Below are positions 41,573 to 52,727 of a stretch of DNA of 64,000 bases, in pieces. A program made the translations under genes and the position numbers. Where the stretch lies: the NCBI GenBank assembly GCA_010015585.1, contig ML975156.1; one strand, written 5' to 3'. The notes under the pieces were generated by a model, which saw only the letters and a program-made list of their open reading frames with translations, did not search any database and was not told where the DNA came from. This DNA is from Eremomyces bilateralis CBS 781.70. Lineage: Eukaryota. Each line of letters opens with the position of its first letter. Within the stretch, counting starts at the first letter, position 1.

Positions 41573-44029
41573 GAGTCTTTAACTACAAGGTTAAGCTTTT
41601 CATACCTAAGATTACTACCACTGGGTGCCGTACATTTGCAAGAACCCAGCATCTCCAGCTGTTCAGTCTATACTAAGCCATTTTACACGAAATCATAGAG
41701 ATCAGAGGCTTACCGAGTATCCTGGGCATCTCTTCCCGGTTCAACTTCGCCGACTTTCCAGTAGGCTATACCATGAATTTCGAGGTATATTCTTAAGATA
41801 GAATTAGACAATTTATCGTAATGTGGACAGAGTGAGCCTTGCTCGAAGTCTAGGTACCGATGGTATTTCTCGTCATGGAGTTTTTCTCGCAACCCAGACC
41901 CGCCAGAGATGCGCATTACTGCGGAAAAGGCATCAACTACTTCATGCCCTGTGGCCTAACTTATGATTCAGATTCCAGATTCAGACATTCGCGATCAAAT
42001 GTCTATGGTTGTCGACTATCACGTCTTCTGTGTCTGCGGTAGTAAAATGCTTCGAGGGAAAATGCCGTTCTCAAAGCACAGGACCCGCCTATCCACGTTA
42101 CAAGCACCCACAAACGTTTTGAAACACACCACCGTAGCCTGGTCGGCAATTTCAAGAACATGGACGGATAGGGCATCTTTATCGCCTCTTTATATCGCCG
42201 GCTGTGTCCGGACTAGGTTTCGCTGTTCCAGGGACTGATGCGAGTAACCAGTCCCTATTGCCATGTGGAATAGAATCACATCTGCTTCGACTGAATGTAT
42301 CGGTGCAGCTGGACATCGTCGCTATCTGCTCCAGATGCCCCAGGAAGAACGGACCGATGACGATATCCCGTCCCAACCATATTCAGATTGGCCGGATGTT
42401 GGGGACGCTGCGTTCCAAGATTTTATCCGGGGGAGATGATTCTAGATCCTATGAGTCATGAGGCGACAGCTTGTCAGGCGTTGGAACTTGGAAAGCCCGA
42501 ATTTGAAGACTCCACGCGTATCTACTAATATCTAGAATCTAGATAGGAGATGATTCGGCCCCGCAAAGGGATCCACAGCGTGGATCAAGGGGAATTCGCT
42601 AGAGGCGAGCCCAAAGGTCCGATGGTGACATCGTGAATTCTAGAATATTCTTGAATCACGACATTCGGCACGACATACTTACGAGGCAACAGGATTATTT
42701 TATCATGTGGAGCCTCAATCTATCGAAGGAATATGGAACAGGCGAACAGCCACCGGAAAAGTGGTTCATGCGGAGAGCAATATATTTAAGATTCGACCCC
42801 GTAGGAACATGGTTGTCTCCGGTTCGGAATCAGGCAAGCCGAGATCAAATCCACGCAAAAATTTCTTGTTGCAATCACGCCGGCTGTCACAGAAGATGTG
42901 AGCAATATTGGCATCTGGGGAAAGAGTCTCATGTTCATGCAGTGCTTCAGGGGTAGTCCGAGGCACAACATTAGTCTTGAGCTAATTTCGGGATTTATGG
43001 TGAGCTGACAGAGGCGGGAGTCTGACGGATACCGATGCAGTGGTGAGAAAGCGAATGCAGGAGGATATAGTCAGCGTGTCTATCGATAGATTCAATACAC
43101 ACCGTCGCCTCTGGTGAGATCAGTTCAGGAAACTTAAGCCAATAATACTGTGGTAGGCAACCCGAATTCCATTCCAGCGGGGTTGGACTGGACGAAAAAT
43201 GCGGTCTAGGCAGGTTCGGGGAGTTAATGAGGGGCCAAGACAACCACTTACCACTCATCAGTCATCCGAAACAAAGGACTTCGTCAGAAGCAGAGTCGAC
43301 ACTCGAAAGGCGAAACAAAGGCTATTAGGTGGAACAGGCGAAACATATCCTCTCCATCGTGGCTGATTGGCGGTATTTGTACATTCATCTCAGCAGCTAA
43401 ATTTCTAACACTGGATTGTGTGGGATGCACGACAGGATTGGCCCCAAAGGATGGAGAAGTAGAGAGGCTGAGCAGGAATGATTGCGTAACTCCAGCTACG
43501 CCAGACAGAAATACCGTGAACTGGTGAACAAAGGCGTCGGAGGGCAAGAAAGATTTCGGCTAAAATATTTCCAGTAGAAATTAAAAAGGGAATTCAATAT
43601 TCATTCATCCGGGAATAATCACAGGTTAATATTGATCTCAATATCAGAAGATGAAGCAACTCAATCTGAAGTTCCTTTGGCGACACCACGGATGCACGGA
43701 GCCACGGACTGACGGACACAGTGCAACGTGCACGTGCCCAGAATCATGCTCAGGTAAGGGGAAGGGGGAAGGGGGGATGGTACAATCAGGAAGGCGGGCC
43801 GTGGGCTGATGTGGGCACTTTTATTGGCTCAGCTCTGTTCCACACGGGTTCGGCGGGCTACTTCGACCAGAGCCGCTCAGCACATAAAGGACACAGTTGC
43901 GCCTTCCCCAACTTCCTTTCGCCTTCCGTCCCCAAGCGAATCGGCCGTCTGGCCACCTGTTCTCTTTCACTCCTGTCTTCAACTCCGTCACTTATTCATC
44001 CACCCACGGATGGTGTCCTCTCTTTCACA

Positions 44030-45192
44030 ATGGACATCCTCTCGACATCTTCGTCACTACATCTTCTATCCAACACCATCTCTAGTCCTATGACCACCGT
44101 CAAAATGGAAGATCTCGAGCAGCTGAATATGTCTACCGCATCCTCCCCCTCACCATCGCCATCCTCATGCACGTCTGACGTCAAGCCTTCCGTAAAGAAG
44201 AGGAAGTCATGGGGTCAACAACTCCCCGAGCCTAAGACCAACCTCCCACCGCGGAAACGAGCGAAGACAGAGGATGAGAAGGAACAGCGACGCATCGAGC
44301 GAGTCAAGAGAAATCGGCTCGCTGCTCACAACTCCCGGGAACGCAAGCGACTCGAGGTCGAGAAATTAGACACCGAGAAACAGAGACTCGAGAACGCTGT
44401 GGCCACCCTGCGTGAGCAGATGCGACATAAAGATGCCCTTCTCCAAGCCTATCAATCAATGCATGGGCCACTCGTCGGCGATGACTTCAAGTTCGCTCCA
44501 TCCCTCACTGTCTCGGACATGGACGCGGCGTCGCCCAGTATCAACTCCCAGCACACGTCCATGTCCGTCCCATCATTATCCTCCGCCGCTCCATCGATCA
44601 TCGACTCCCCCTCCACCCGGACATTCTCGCAACCCGCCACCCCGGCGACTCCCGCGCTCCCCATCGAGGCTGACTTGACACAACATTCTGCAGCAATGTT
44701 GTGCCCCGACCTGCAGTGTCAGTCAGCCTCGACGGAGGGCGCCGAGGAGCCGTCGACTCGGCCAACACCTTCGGCACCCTCACTTTCGCCGACGCACTGC
44801 GTTCAAATCATTTTGACGGTGCTGACGACCCTTCAATCCCTCTCGACATGGACTTCGATCTCTTCACTCATCCCGACACTTCCCACGACCTCTCCCTCAA
44901 AGCGACCATGGGCTCCTTCTTCACGGACGCGAGCGCCTCCCTTTTCGACAACATCCATCCCGCTTCTTCAAATCCTCTCCTTCCTCAGCCCCACGACCCC
45001 GACCATGTCTCCGCCTCCCTTTCTCCTGACGGCACTCCTGCTGCTCCGCTCCTCTCGCTCCCTGATGACCCTACTCTCGATTCCTTCTTCGACTTCACCG
45101 CTGACTCTGGCGCGCCGAACCCTGCGGCTCTCGATGCTGCGGGCTCGCTCTGCGACGGGTCCAGCGCGAACGCTGTCGAGACAGGAATCTGA
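44030..45192 (+). CDS. HAC1: Unfolded protein response (UPR) bZIP transcription factor Hac1/HacA. Spliced form is 379 aa; the unspliced form runs to 45445 (471 aa)
   Basis: KKRKSWGQQLPEPKTNLPPRKRAKTEDEKEQRRIERVKRNRLAAHNSRERKR bZIP. Removing the 23-nt intron gives ...QHSAVSVSLDGG... with an acidic tail. Confidence 0.96.
44664..44732 (+). other. IRE1 non-spliceosomal intron (44691-44713, 23 nt) within a twin-hairpin RNA structure
   Basis: AACATT-CTGCAGC-AATGTT and GAC-CTGCAGT-GTC stem-loops have 7-nt CNG|CAG loops. An 11-bp closing stem pairs TCGAGGCTGAC (44664-74) with GTCAGCCTCGA (44722-32). Confidence 0.95.
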
Positions 45193-46759
45193 GAGGGGGC
45201 TCACCAGGGCCGACGGAGTGGTGTTGGCGGGGGTGGCGCGGTGGTGGGAGCGATCACGGCACGGGGAGTCGGCGCAGTCAATTTTAAATCATGAACGGAG
45301 AACGAATCTAGGATGGGACAATCGGCGTTTAGAGCAACATGTTAAGGAGCAGGTGAGGAGGTTCGATGGACGATCGAGGAGGAGACGACGGGAGCAATTG
45401 AAGTTAAAGGGCGTCCGGGGAGTTTGGGTATCAAAATCCGAGTGATATGTATGATAGATGACGATATCCATCGTAGTAGCAGCGATCAATCCTTATGCTA
45501 CTCTTCAACATCGTCCACATGCATTGAATATGGGATCGGGTTTGCTCCAAACTAATTGAAACTAGCGTATTCGTGTATCATTGAATACACATCCTGAACA
45601 AACGCATTGAAACAGGACTACCTTATCGCGGTTGTCAATACTAATTAATGTCGAGTTAAGTCATCTTGTGGTCTTCTCTCCCAGAGATTGTAGGAAATCG
45701 TGAACCATATTGGGGGTCCGTTATATTAACCTTAAATTTATGTTTTCCTCATGTTGGCGTTTGGCAGCTATTTCATTCTTATTAGTCTTAGTAGAAAAGG
45801 AGTTATTTGTCTCATCGCCTCATCGCCTCATACCGGTGGTTTTATATTAATATGAGCATAACGTAACAGTCTGGTAGACGGTGCCATGTTCGCCGGTACC
45901 TACGCTTTATTTCAGCCAGTTTTATTTCTCTTTTAGTATGGTTCACTACCAGTACCAGGGACTGTGTCAATCTCTATTTCCAGATCCAGCAGTGTGACGC
46001 GAAGCCCCTTTAGTTTTCTGGATTCATTCCAGTTCAAAGGTGGATACCTTTTCAGAAGTATGCAGCTCGCACTGAATTGACTGGTTGCTCCATGCTCGAC
46101 CATCTTCGTCCTGCAATCCGCTGTTCCCCTAAAATGCCTGTTTAAATTTCCGGCTGCTCGATTTTCTTTTTCTAAGCACTCGATCCCTCCTCTGCAGCAG
46201 AACAAGTATTATATACATCTTTCGAACACCGTTTGCCATCATCCACTATAGAATACGAAATATCCGGAATAATCTAGGAATCATCATGAACCACCAGTTG
46301 CACGCAGAAAAAAGCATTTCCAAGTATTATCGTGTGTCATCGTTATAACAATGAACCAATAATTCCATGAATATGCTTCTCGCAGAATTACGGAGGCAAG
46401 TCAGCCTGGCCTCGCAGCTAACAGCATTCAGAAGAAACGTGACAAGAGGACCGGGCTGTCGCTGTCTCAGACCGAGTTCCACCACATCCGAGTGAAAGAG
46501 ACTGCACAGTATCCTGATTAACAGCTACACAAAAGGCGTCAGTTGTCGCAGGCACATGACCCACAGAAGCAGACATCATCTGTTCTCGTTCGTAGCTAGC
46601 TAGTTACCATAGCTCGATCAATACATCAACATCCCCACATGGGTCTCGCAGAGAGGCCTGACGGGCGTATGAATCTCTCTCTCAATACATCGACACCCCC
46701 AGATATGACGACCGGGCTTTGCATTGATTTCACATCAGGCGGCACTACAAATCACCCAG

Positions 46760-47582
46760 ACTACACACTAAATGAAGATATGCTTAGCAGTGCCGTCGCA
46801 AAGCAGGAGAACCCTGTTGAAAATCAGCATTTCTTGTCCAATCGAATAATCCGTTCAAGGGTAGGGCGAACCGAAGCTAGTTAGGAACAGTGGATCGTCC
46901 ATGCCATCGCGTGGATTGCTGATTTTGGAAAAGGCCGCATAAGCGTTGAAGGAAGGGTGTAGGGTGGCTGCGTAGGAGAGGTAGAAGGCCGCTGTTGCAT
47001 GTTAGCTCGATGATCTCAGGAAGCAAGATAAACAGCGCGACGATGGGGTTAACCAACCAAACCTACCGAACACCACGAACACAAAGGCGTTGCCGACGAT
47101 CCACGGTTGAACGAGTTAGTCTTCCTGCTTCAAGAAACGCGTGGGCTACGGTTCAGACGTGCCTCGCCAATGCTGCCATCACGAGAAGCATTCCGCCAAA
47201 GAAGAAGTAGTTCCAGATGAGGGCTTCACCATGGCCCCCAGTCCCTCCCCAACCCATGAGAACGCAACTGAAAGGCGTGGGAGCCACCAGGAACCCTATC
47301 ATGGCCCTATCAGCAATTATCGCGTCAGTGATCCACTGAGCCCTGGTGGTGGACTCGGACTTACAATGGCGTTGGGTTTCCGAATTTTATCCTCAGCTGG
47401 TCGTCCGCAGACATGTCTTTGTCAAGAGAGGTGCGGTCTGAGCTGGGCAGCGGTGGTGTCGGCGCCCTTTCTAGAGGGACAGGAGACCTTCCCCTGCCAC
47501 CAGTGCCATCGGCTCGCAGAAACGGTCGGTTGATGCTCTTCGCCGGTAGATCAGCTGCAAAGTCCCTGATGTAGTCTGCCAT
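46760..47582 (-). pseudogene. GPR1/FUN34/YaaH (Ato/AcpA-like acetate transporter) family gene, apparently degenerate and 3'-truncated
   Basis: KFGNPTPL|GTAAGT, YFFFGGMLL, WIVGNAFVFVVFG, FYLSYAATLHPSFNAYAAF. One expected acceptor reads CCG rather than CAG, and stops follow downstream. The 3' boundary is approximate. Confidence 0.65.
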
Positions 47583-47720
47583 CGCGGAGACTGTAAGCCT
47601 TTAGGAACTGGATTATTAAAAATATGTGCAAATAAGAAGGTAAAGCTGAAGATTTGTGAAGATATAAGAGAATGAGCGAGGGGGTAAGGGAATAGTGCAG
47701 CTGTAATAAATAGTGTGGAA

Positions 47721-47993
47721 TGTTATGGTCCCGGGCCTGGGCCCTTGAGTATGGCTGATGCCACAGGGATGTGGCTAGTGGATGGCATGGAGGATTATCA
47801 AGGAGATAGTCATATGGGAGCTATGTGTTAGGACGGAGCTGTGTTAAGGAGCTGTGTTGAGCTGTGTTAGGATAGCAGAGAGAAGAGTTTATATCTCGCG
47901 CACATAGGCGCTGGGAGATTTCTTCCTTCTCTCTCTTCAGTTTAGATCAACGAAACTTGGTATTCGCAGATCTTGCGCATCCAGACCGTGTCA
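47721..47993. mobile_element. Solo LTR (273 bp) with a 5-bp TSD TGGAA
   Basis: TGGAA|TGTTATGGTC...GACCGTGTCA|TGGAA: TG..CA ends, imperfect terminal inverted repeat, internal GAGCTGTGTT repeats. Confidence 0.88.
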
Positions 47994-48570
47994 TGGAATG
48001 ACTAATGAATGATTTACTGTCTATTCCCCATCACAGAAGCCCATGTGTACCTACTTGATGTGCTTTCAGAGTTCGACTTATGGACATTGTGAATGGCGCC
48101 TCATATTTATATCGTACCGAACAGGATAGGCCGCTGATCCCCAGACAAGACGTAGAACCTGGACGGATAGTTTCGAGATGTGGGGTTCGGGTTGCTTTTA
48201 TTAGCACAATACGTCTTACCTCCAGCCATAAATGGATCCAGAGCATGAGCGTCGCTAGGGCCATTCCTTGCGAAATTCATCCCCGGTCTTAGGATTTAAT
48301 GACAGCTTTGTACACGAAAGACGGCGAGAAGACTCAGATGAAATACCTCGTGGGAGCAGGAAGGCCAAGATTCAAAGAGCATGGACAAAATGAAGAAGTA
48401 AGAGCATTCTCAAACGGGAGACGGAAGACGTGGACTGCGCGGGAAACACATCTCTTTATCGGTTGATTCGCTCCTCCTGACCCGATATACGGTGCTTCAA
48501 TATCTACAGATTGTCAACGCTTCCAATGCCACATATCCAAATCTATCACACGGTCCATCGCGTAAGCTTC

Positions 48571-50502
48571 TCACTCATCGGTCATCAACTCATAAAACAG
48601 CAGATACACCTCCTTCTGCATCCCCAACACATCGCTAGTCTTACACTCCTTCACCTTCTCGTCGCTAATCCGCCACCATTTCGCGTCCCTCTTCTTCGCC
48701 TTCCGCTTCGCATGCGCGCTCGACAACCGCTGCGACGCGCTCCGCTGCGGCCGCTTCGCCGATTCGGGCGTCGCGGTGGCCGAGCGGCTCAAGATCGACC
48801 GTGACGTCGATGGTCTACCGGTTGCGCTGGTCTCCGACGACCCGGACTCGTCCGACACCAACTTCACCGACGGCATGTCTCGCGGGGTGGACGTCGGTGC
48901 GGGCCGTCGCAGCGCGGCGATCGATTCCCGCGACGACACGGACGAGAGAGACGGCGATTTCATCCTCTGAGGGACCGACCCGGGCGACAGCGGGCTGAGT
49001 GAGATCCCTGCGTCTTCTGCATCCTTCCCTTTCGAGGTGCCCGTCGTGTCCGAGTTCGTCGCTGGCAGCACGGCGCCGAGCTTGGGACTCTGCGCGACGC
49101 TTGGGAGCGCTGAGGAATGGGGGCTTCCGGCGTGGCTGAGGCTGGGGCTATGGGCGCGGCTATACGCGCCCTCGGCACCGAAGGTGACGGATGTACTAAA
49201 GGGGATGCTGGCGATCTGGCGGCGGAAGGATTCGTAGTGGCCACTGTTGTGGCCGCCCTTGTGGGTGACGACGGTGAGAAGGCGGTAGGTCTTAACGTCG
49301 AGGAGGGAGCCGAGGGACAGGGTTTCGGGGAAGTGGACCTTGGCGAGGTTTTTGGTGGAGGAGGCCATGCTGTAGATGGAGCGGGAGAGATGGATAGCGA
49401 GGATTTTGGGGTGGTGGGAGATTTGGGAGTGGCGTTGGATGCGGCGCTTCGGGGCGTGTTTGCGGTCGGGGAGGGGGACGTCGGGGGGTGGGTTCTCGGG
49501 GTCGGTGATGATGGCGTCGTTGAGACGGGAGATCTCTGAGGTAAGCGTGCTGTGTCGGGCGGACTCTGGATCCGTCCGCGACAGCTCGTGTTCTTTGATG
49601 GCAATCGCATGCTCTAATCGACACCGGTCGCATTTGTAGTCGTCGATGTTCTCCACTTTGAACATCCCATCGAAGCAGCGATTGAGCGTCGTAATGGAGG
49701 TTTGCGGGACGTTCAGCGTGAATATCACGAATTGCGACGCGGCGGGCTTCGGCTTGAACCCGCATGTCTGACACTCAATATGCGACTCCAGCTTCCCCTC
49801 GAACGGAAACCCGTCCTCGGCGACATCCTCAACCGTATCATCCTGCTCATTCTCCTCCGTAGCCTCTCCCTGCTTTGTTTCCCCGTCCGCCACGTCCGGA
49901 TGAACCCCGATCTCCGGTACTTGTAAACCGAATCTCCGCGCCCTCGCCCTCGCCTTCCGACCCGCATGGTACTCATCGCGCAGCCTCTCCGTCACCAGCT
50001 GCAGAAACTCATGCGCATCCTGCTGCTGCCTGCTGATCCGCGACCGAAACCCATGCTCCAACGCCGCAATGAAGCCCTGCGCCGAGATCGTTTTCCGCGC
50101 GATTGGCCGTTCATTCAAATTATCCAGCACGTCCTTCAACGCATGCGTCACGATCCCCTGCCTCAGGCTTTCGAGCTTCGACAGGGTGATCTCCCGGCTC
50201 TTGAGGGTGGGTCCGGTGATCTCATCGGGCGTGGCGGAGTAGACGTCGATGCCGTCGAGCTTGCGGCGGTGGACTTCGCGGATGAGGTACTTGCGGAGGT
50301 CTGGGAGGCCGGCGAGCGCTTGGAGAATGGAGTTGATGAAGCAGTCGTTCGCGTAGTTGGTCAGGCCGACGGCGCCGCGTTTCTGGGAGCCGGGCTCTTC
50401 ATGATCGAGGAAGAACGTGGGACCAAAGACGTAGACGAGCGTGATCGCAGCGAGGGACGCGCCGGCTGCATATGTAGCGATGGTAAGAGGTCGCTCCGGC
50501 AT
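48571..50502 (-). CDS. Ubiquitin-specific protease (peptidase C19) with an N-terminal membrane anchor (Ubp1/Ubp16-like)
   Basis: TM segment YAAGASLAAITLVYVFG; Cys box GLTNYANDCFINSILQAL; QQDAHEFL; His box HKGGHNSGHY; WWRISDE; YLLFYE. Confidence 0.92.
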   Translation of the reverse strand: MPERPLTIATYAAGASLAAITLVYVFGPTFFLDHEEPGSQKRGAVGLTNYANDCFINSILQALAGLPDLRKYLIREVHRRKLDGIDVYSATPDEITGPTLKSREITLSKLESLRQGIVTHALKDVLDNLNERPIARKTISAQGFIAALEHGFRSRISRQQQDAHEFLQLVTERLRDEYHAGRKARARARRFGLQVPEIGVHPDVADGETKQGEATEENEQDDTVEDVAEDGFPFEGKLESHIECQTCGFKPKPAASQFVIFTLNVPQTSITTLNRCFDGMFKVENIDDYKCDRCRLEHAIAIKEHELSRTDPESARHSTLTSEISRLNDAIITDPENPPPDVPLPDRKHAPKRRIQRHSQISHHPKILAIHLSRSIYSMASSTKNLAKVHFPETLSLGSLLDVKTYRLLTVVTHKGGHNSGHYESFRRQIASIPFSTSVTFGAEGAYSRAHSPSLSHAGSPHSSALPSVAQSPKLGAVLPATNSDTTGTSKGKDAEDAGISLSPLSPGSVPQRMKSPSLSSVSSRESIAALRRPAPTSTPRDMPSVKLVSDESGSSETSATGRPSTSRSILSRSATATPESAKRPQRSASQRLSSAHAKRKAKKRDAKWWRISDEKVKECKTSDVLGMQKEVYLLFYELMTDE

Positions 50503-51067
50503 CGCCTCGATCCGCTCGCTGGGTAAAATACTCCTGTACAGATCCAACCACTACACTATAATTCTGTCATGAAGCTGTTGCGTGCTTCGGCATCTGCCTT
50601 CCCGGTAGATGCCGGATGCGCCGATGAGGATCTATGTATCAGGCGGCTTCCCGGGGTGATATCGAGTTGAAAGACAAGGTGAAAGGCGAAAGGAATAGCT
50701 GATGATGCCATCCATTACGAGGCAAGAAATCCAAATCGTCAAAGAAACGCATTATGGTTGCGATGGTATGGAGCCAGGAGGAACTCCGTGGTCCGGTAGT
50801 CGTCCCCTTACTAAGTTAGCACTTGTTACCTGTTGCCTGTTAGCAGCGATTGGTGTTTTGGTGTTGAATATTCCGTATGGTACGCCGCATTCGGCTTAGT
50901 TAAAGCTCCACTCTTGGCAGTTGGCTTCCATGTCCGTGACAATTGACAAGGTGTGAGAGATCTGAGCTCTTCAAGATTTAACCCGACATTGACCTTCACC
51001 AAATATCCGCTCAACACACGCGATTCCCGAACCACCAACTCTCAATTAAGTCCATGCCCCCATCATC

Positions 51068-51994
51068 ATGACATCCATCCGGTCCACCAACCCCTTCCAG
51101 CGCTGCACGCGCTGCATCCACCTCCTCTCCACCACCACCACCACCTCCTCCCGCTCCCCAACTCCCACCCCCTTCCTCCCCATCACCCAAACCCGCACCA
51201 AACGCCGCTCGCGCGATGCCCAATTCGTCACCGTGAAGCTGCTGAAGCCGGTGGACGGGTTCGGTAACACGGGGACGATCCTGTCGGTGAAGCCAGGGTT
51301 CATGCGGAATATTTTGTATCCGAGACGGGCGGCGGACTATGTGCTGCGGGAGGAGGTGAAGCGGTTACGGGAGGAGGGAGTGAGGATTGCGAGGGATCAT
51401 GAGTTTAATTTAGAGGGCTGGAGGGCGGTTAAGGATATAGCGGTGGAGGAGAGTGCCATAGAGAGTGAACCAGCGGAGATGAAAAAGAAGGCTTCGATTG
51501 AGCTGCTTTCGGTAGGTGGTTATCTACATTTGCGCAACGGATGGATGCTAATATGCAAACAGGCCGAACGATCCCACGAGCTCCTCACCCGATTCCTCCC
51601 CGCCCGTCTCACATTCATCCGCACGCCCATTCCCTCCACCTCCCCTTCCACCGAACCATCTCCCCCAACCGGACCCGGCACCCCGATCTACGGCTCTGTA
51701 TCTACCACCGACGTCCTCGTCGCCATCATGGATGCCATCAAGCAGGACGAAGAAGCCTCGAAGGTCGTGCTGTCGCTGGACAACCTGCGCTTCGTGGACC
51801 GGGCGGCGGACGATGCGACGAAGGTGAAGCAGCTGGGGGAGTTTGTGGTGGAGGTTAATCTGAGGGGAGAAACGGAGGCGATTCGGAGGGTGGTGGTGGT
51901 GAGGAGTTCGGCGGGTGGGAAGGGAGAGACGGGACCGGTGGGTGGTTATGTTGGGAGTGAAGCATCGACGGCGGAAAAGAGGGTGGATTTGTGA
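51068..51994 (+). CDS. Mitochondrial ribosomal protein bL9-like (probable 51-nt intron 51512-51562)
   Basis: Presequence-like N-terminus; VKLLKPVDGFGNTGTILSVKPGFMRNILYP; IYGSVST...VKQLGEF. Confidence 0.85.
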   Translation: MTSIRSTNPFQRCTRCIHLLSTTTTTSSRSPTPTPFLPITQTRTKRRSRDAQFVTVKLLKPVDGFGNTGTILSVKPGFMRNILYPRRAADYVLREEVKRLREEGVRIARDHEFNLEGWRAVKDIAVEESAIESEPAEMKKKASIELLSVGGYLHLRNGWMLICKQAERSHELLTRFLPARLTFIRTPIPSTSPSTEPSPPTGPGTPIYGSVSTTDVLVAIMDAIKQDEEASKVVLSLDNLRFVDRAADDATKVKQLGEFVVEVNLRGETEAIRRVVVVRSSAGGKGETGPVGGYVGSEASTAEKRVDL

Positions 51995-52727
51995 AAAGCG
52001 GAAAGTCGAGCCTAGATTTCGGCGTTTGTATAGATGGTTACAAGACAGGGCGGTTTCTGACCCGTAATGGCCTTATAGAACGCCTATGTACAAGATTTTT
52101 GTATTATATTATAAGTTGCGGCATGGGCATCTATCGATCTAGATGGCACTCAAAAATTACGCAAGAGGCAAATTCTGCAACGGAGACGCGGTTCTTCATT
52201 TTGCTAAGAATACTTATCCGCCTAGTCTCCTGCGCTGCTGTGATCTGTCATCGCCGTATGAAGTCTGAAAGATCCATGATGCTATAATAAGACATGCTGG
52301 ACAGCAAGTGAACGAGATCCCGACGCATCATCTGGCTATCCGCTCGTTCATCGACCCCTCCGTATCCACCGATGGCACGACGATCGTCGACCGAATAAAC
52401 CAAGCAAGCAATTTTTTTTATCCATGATTCGCCCTGTTGTTGAAATTCCATGAACGGGTGGTAGGTAAACTGGCGAGTGGGGGAGTGGGGTTCGGTGAAG
52501 GTAGGGGTTCTAGATGAATAAGTCGTTGTCCTTCTCGAACGCAAGATGGACGCCTCCGAACTAGTGAAAGGGGTAGATAGAAGGGCAACGCAACGCAGCG
52601 CCAAAACAAAGATCAATGTTGGTGGTTGCAACAGCCGCTACATAAACCATCGCAACAAACGGCAAGCCATCACCTCCATCGGACGGGGCACCCAGGAGTC
52701 GCAGAGGGAGAGGCAAGAGAATCATAA

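Noticed and set aside
43721..44029. 103-aa N-terminal extension of HAC1 from a GTG start
   Set aside because: Artefact of alternative start codons in the ORF track. The region looks like promoter/leader, and ATG 44030 has a good CACAATG context.
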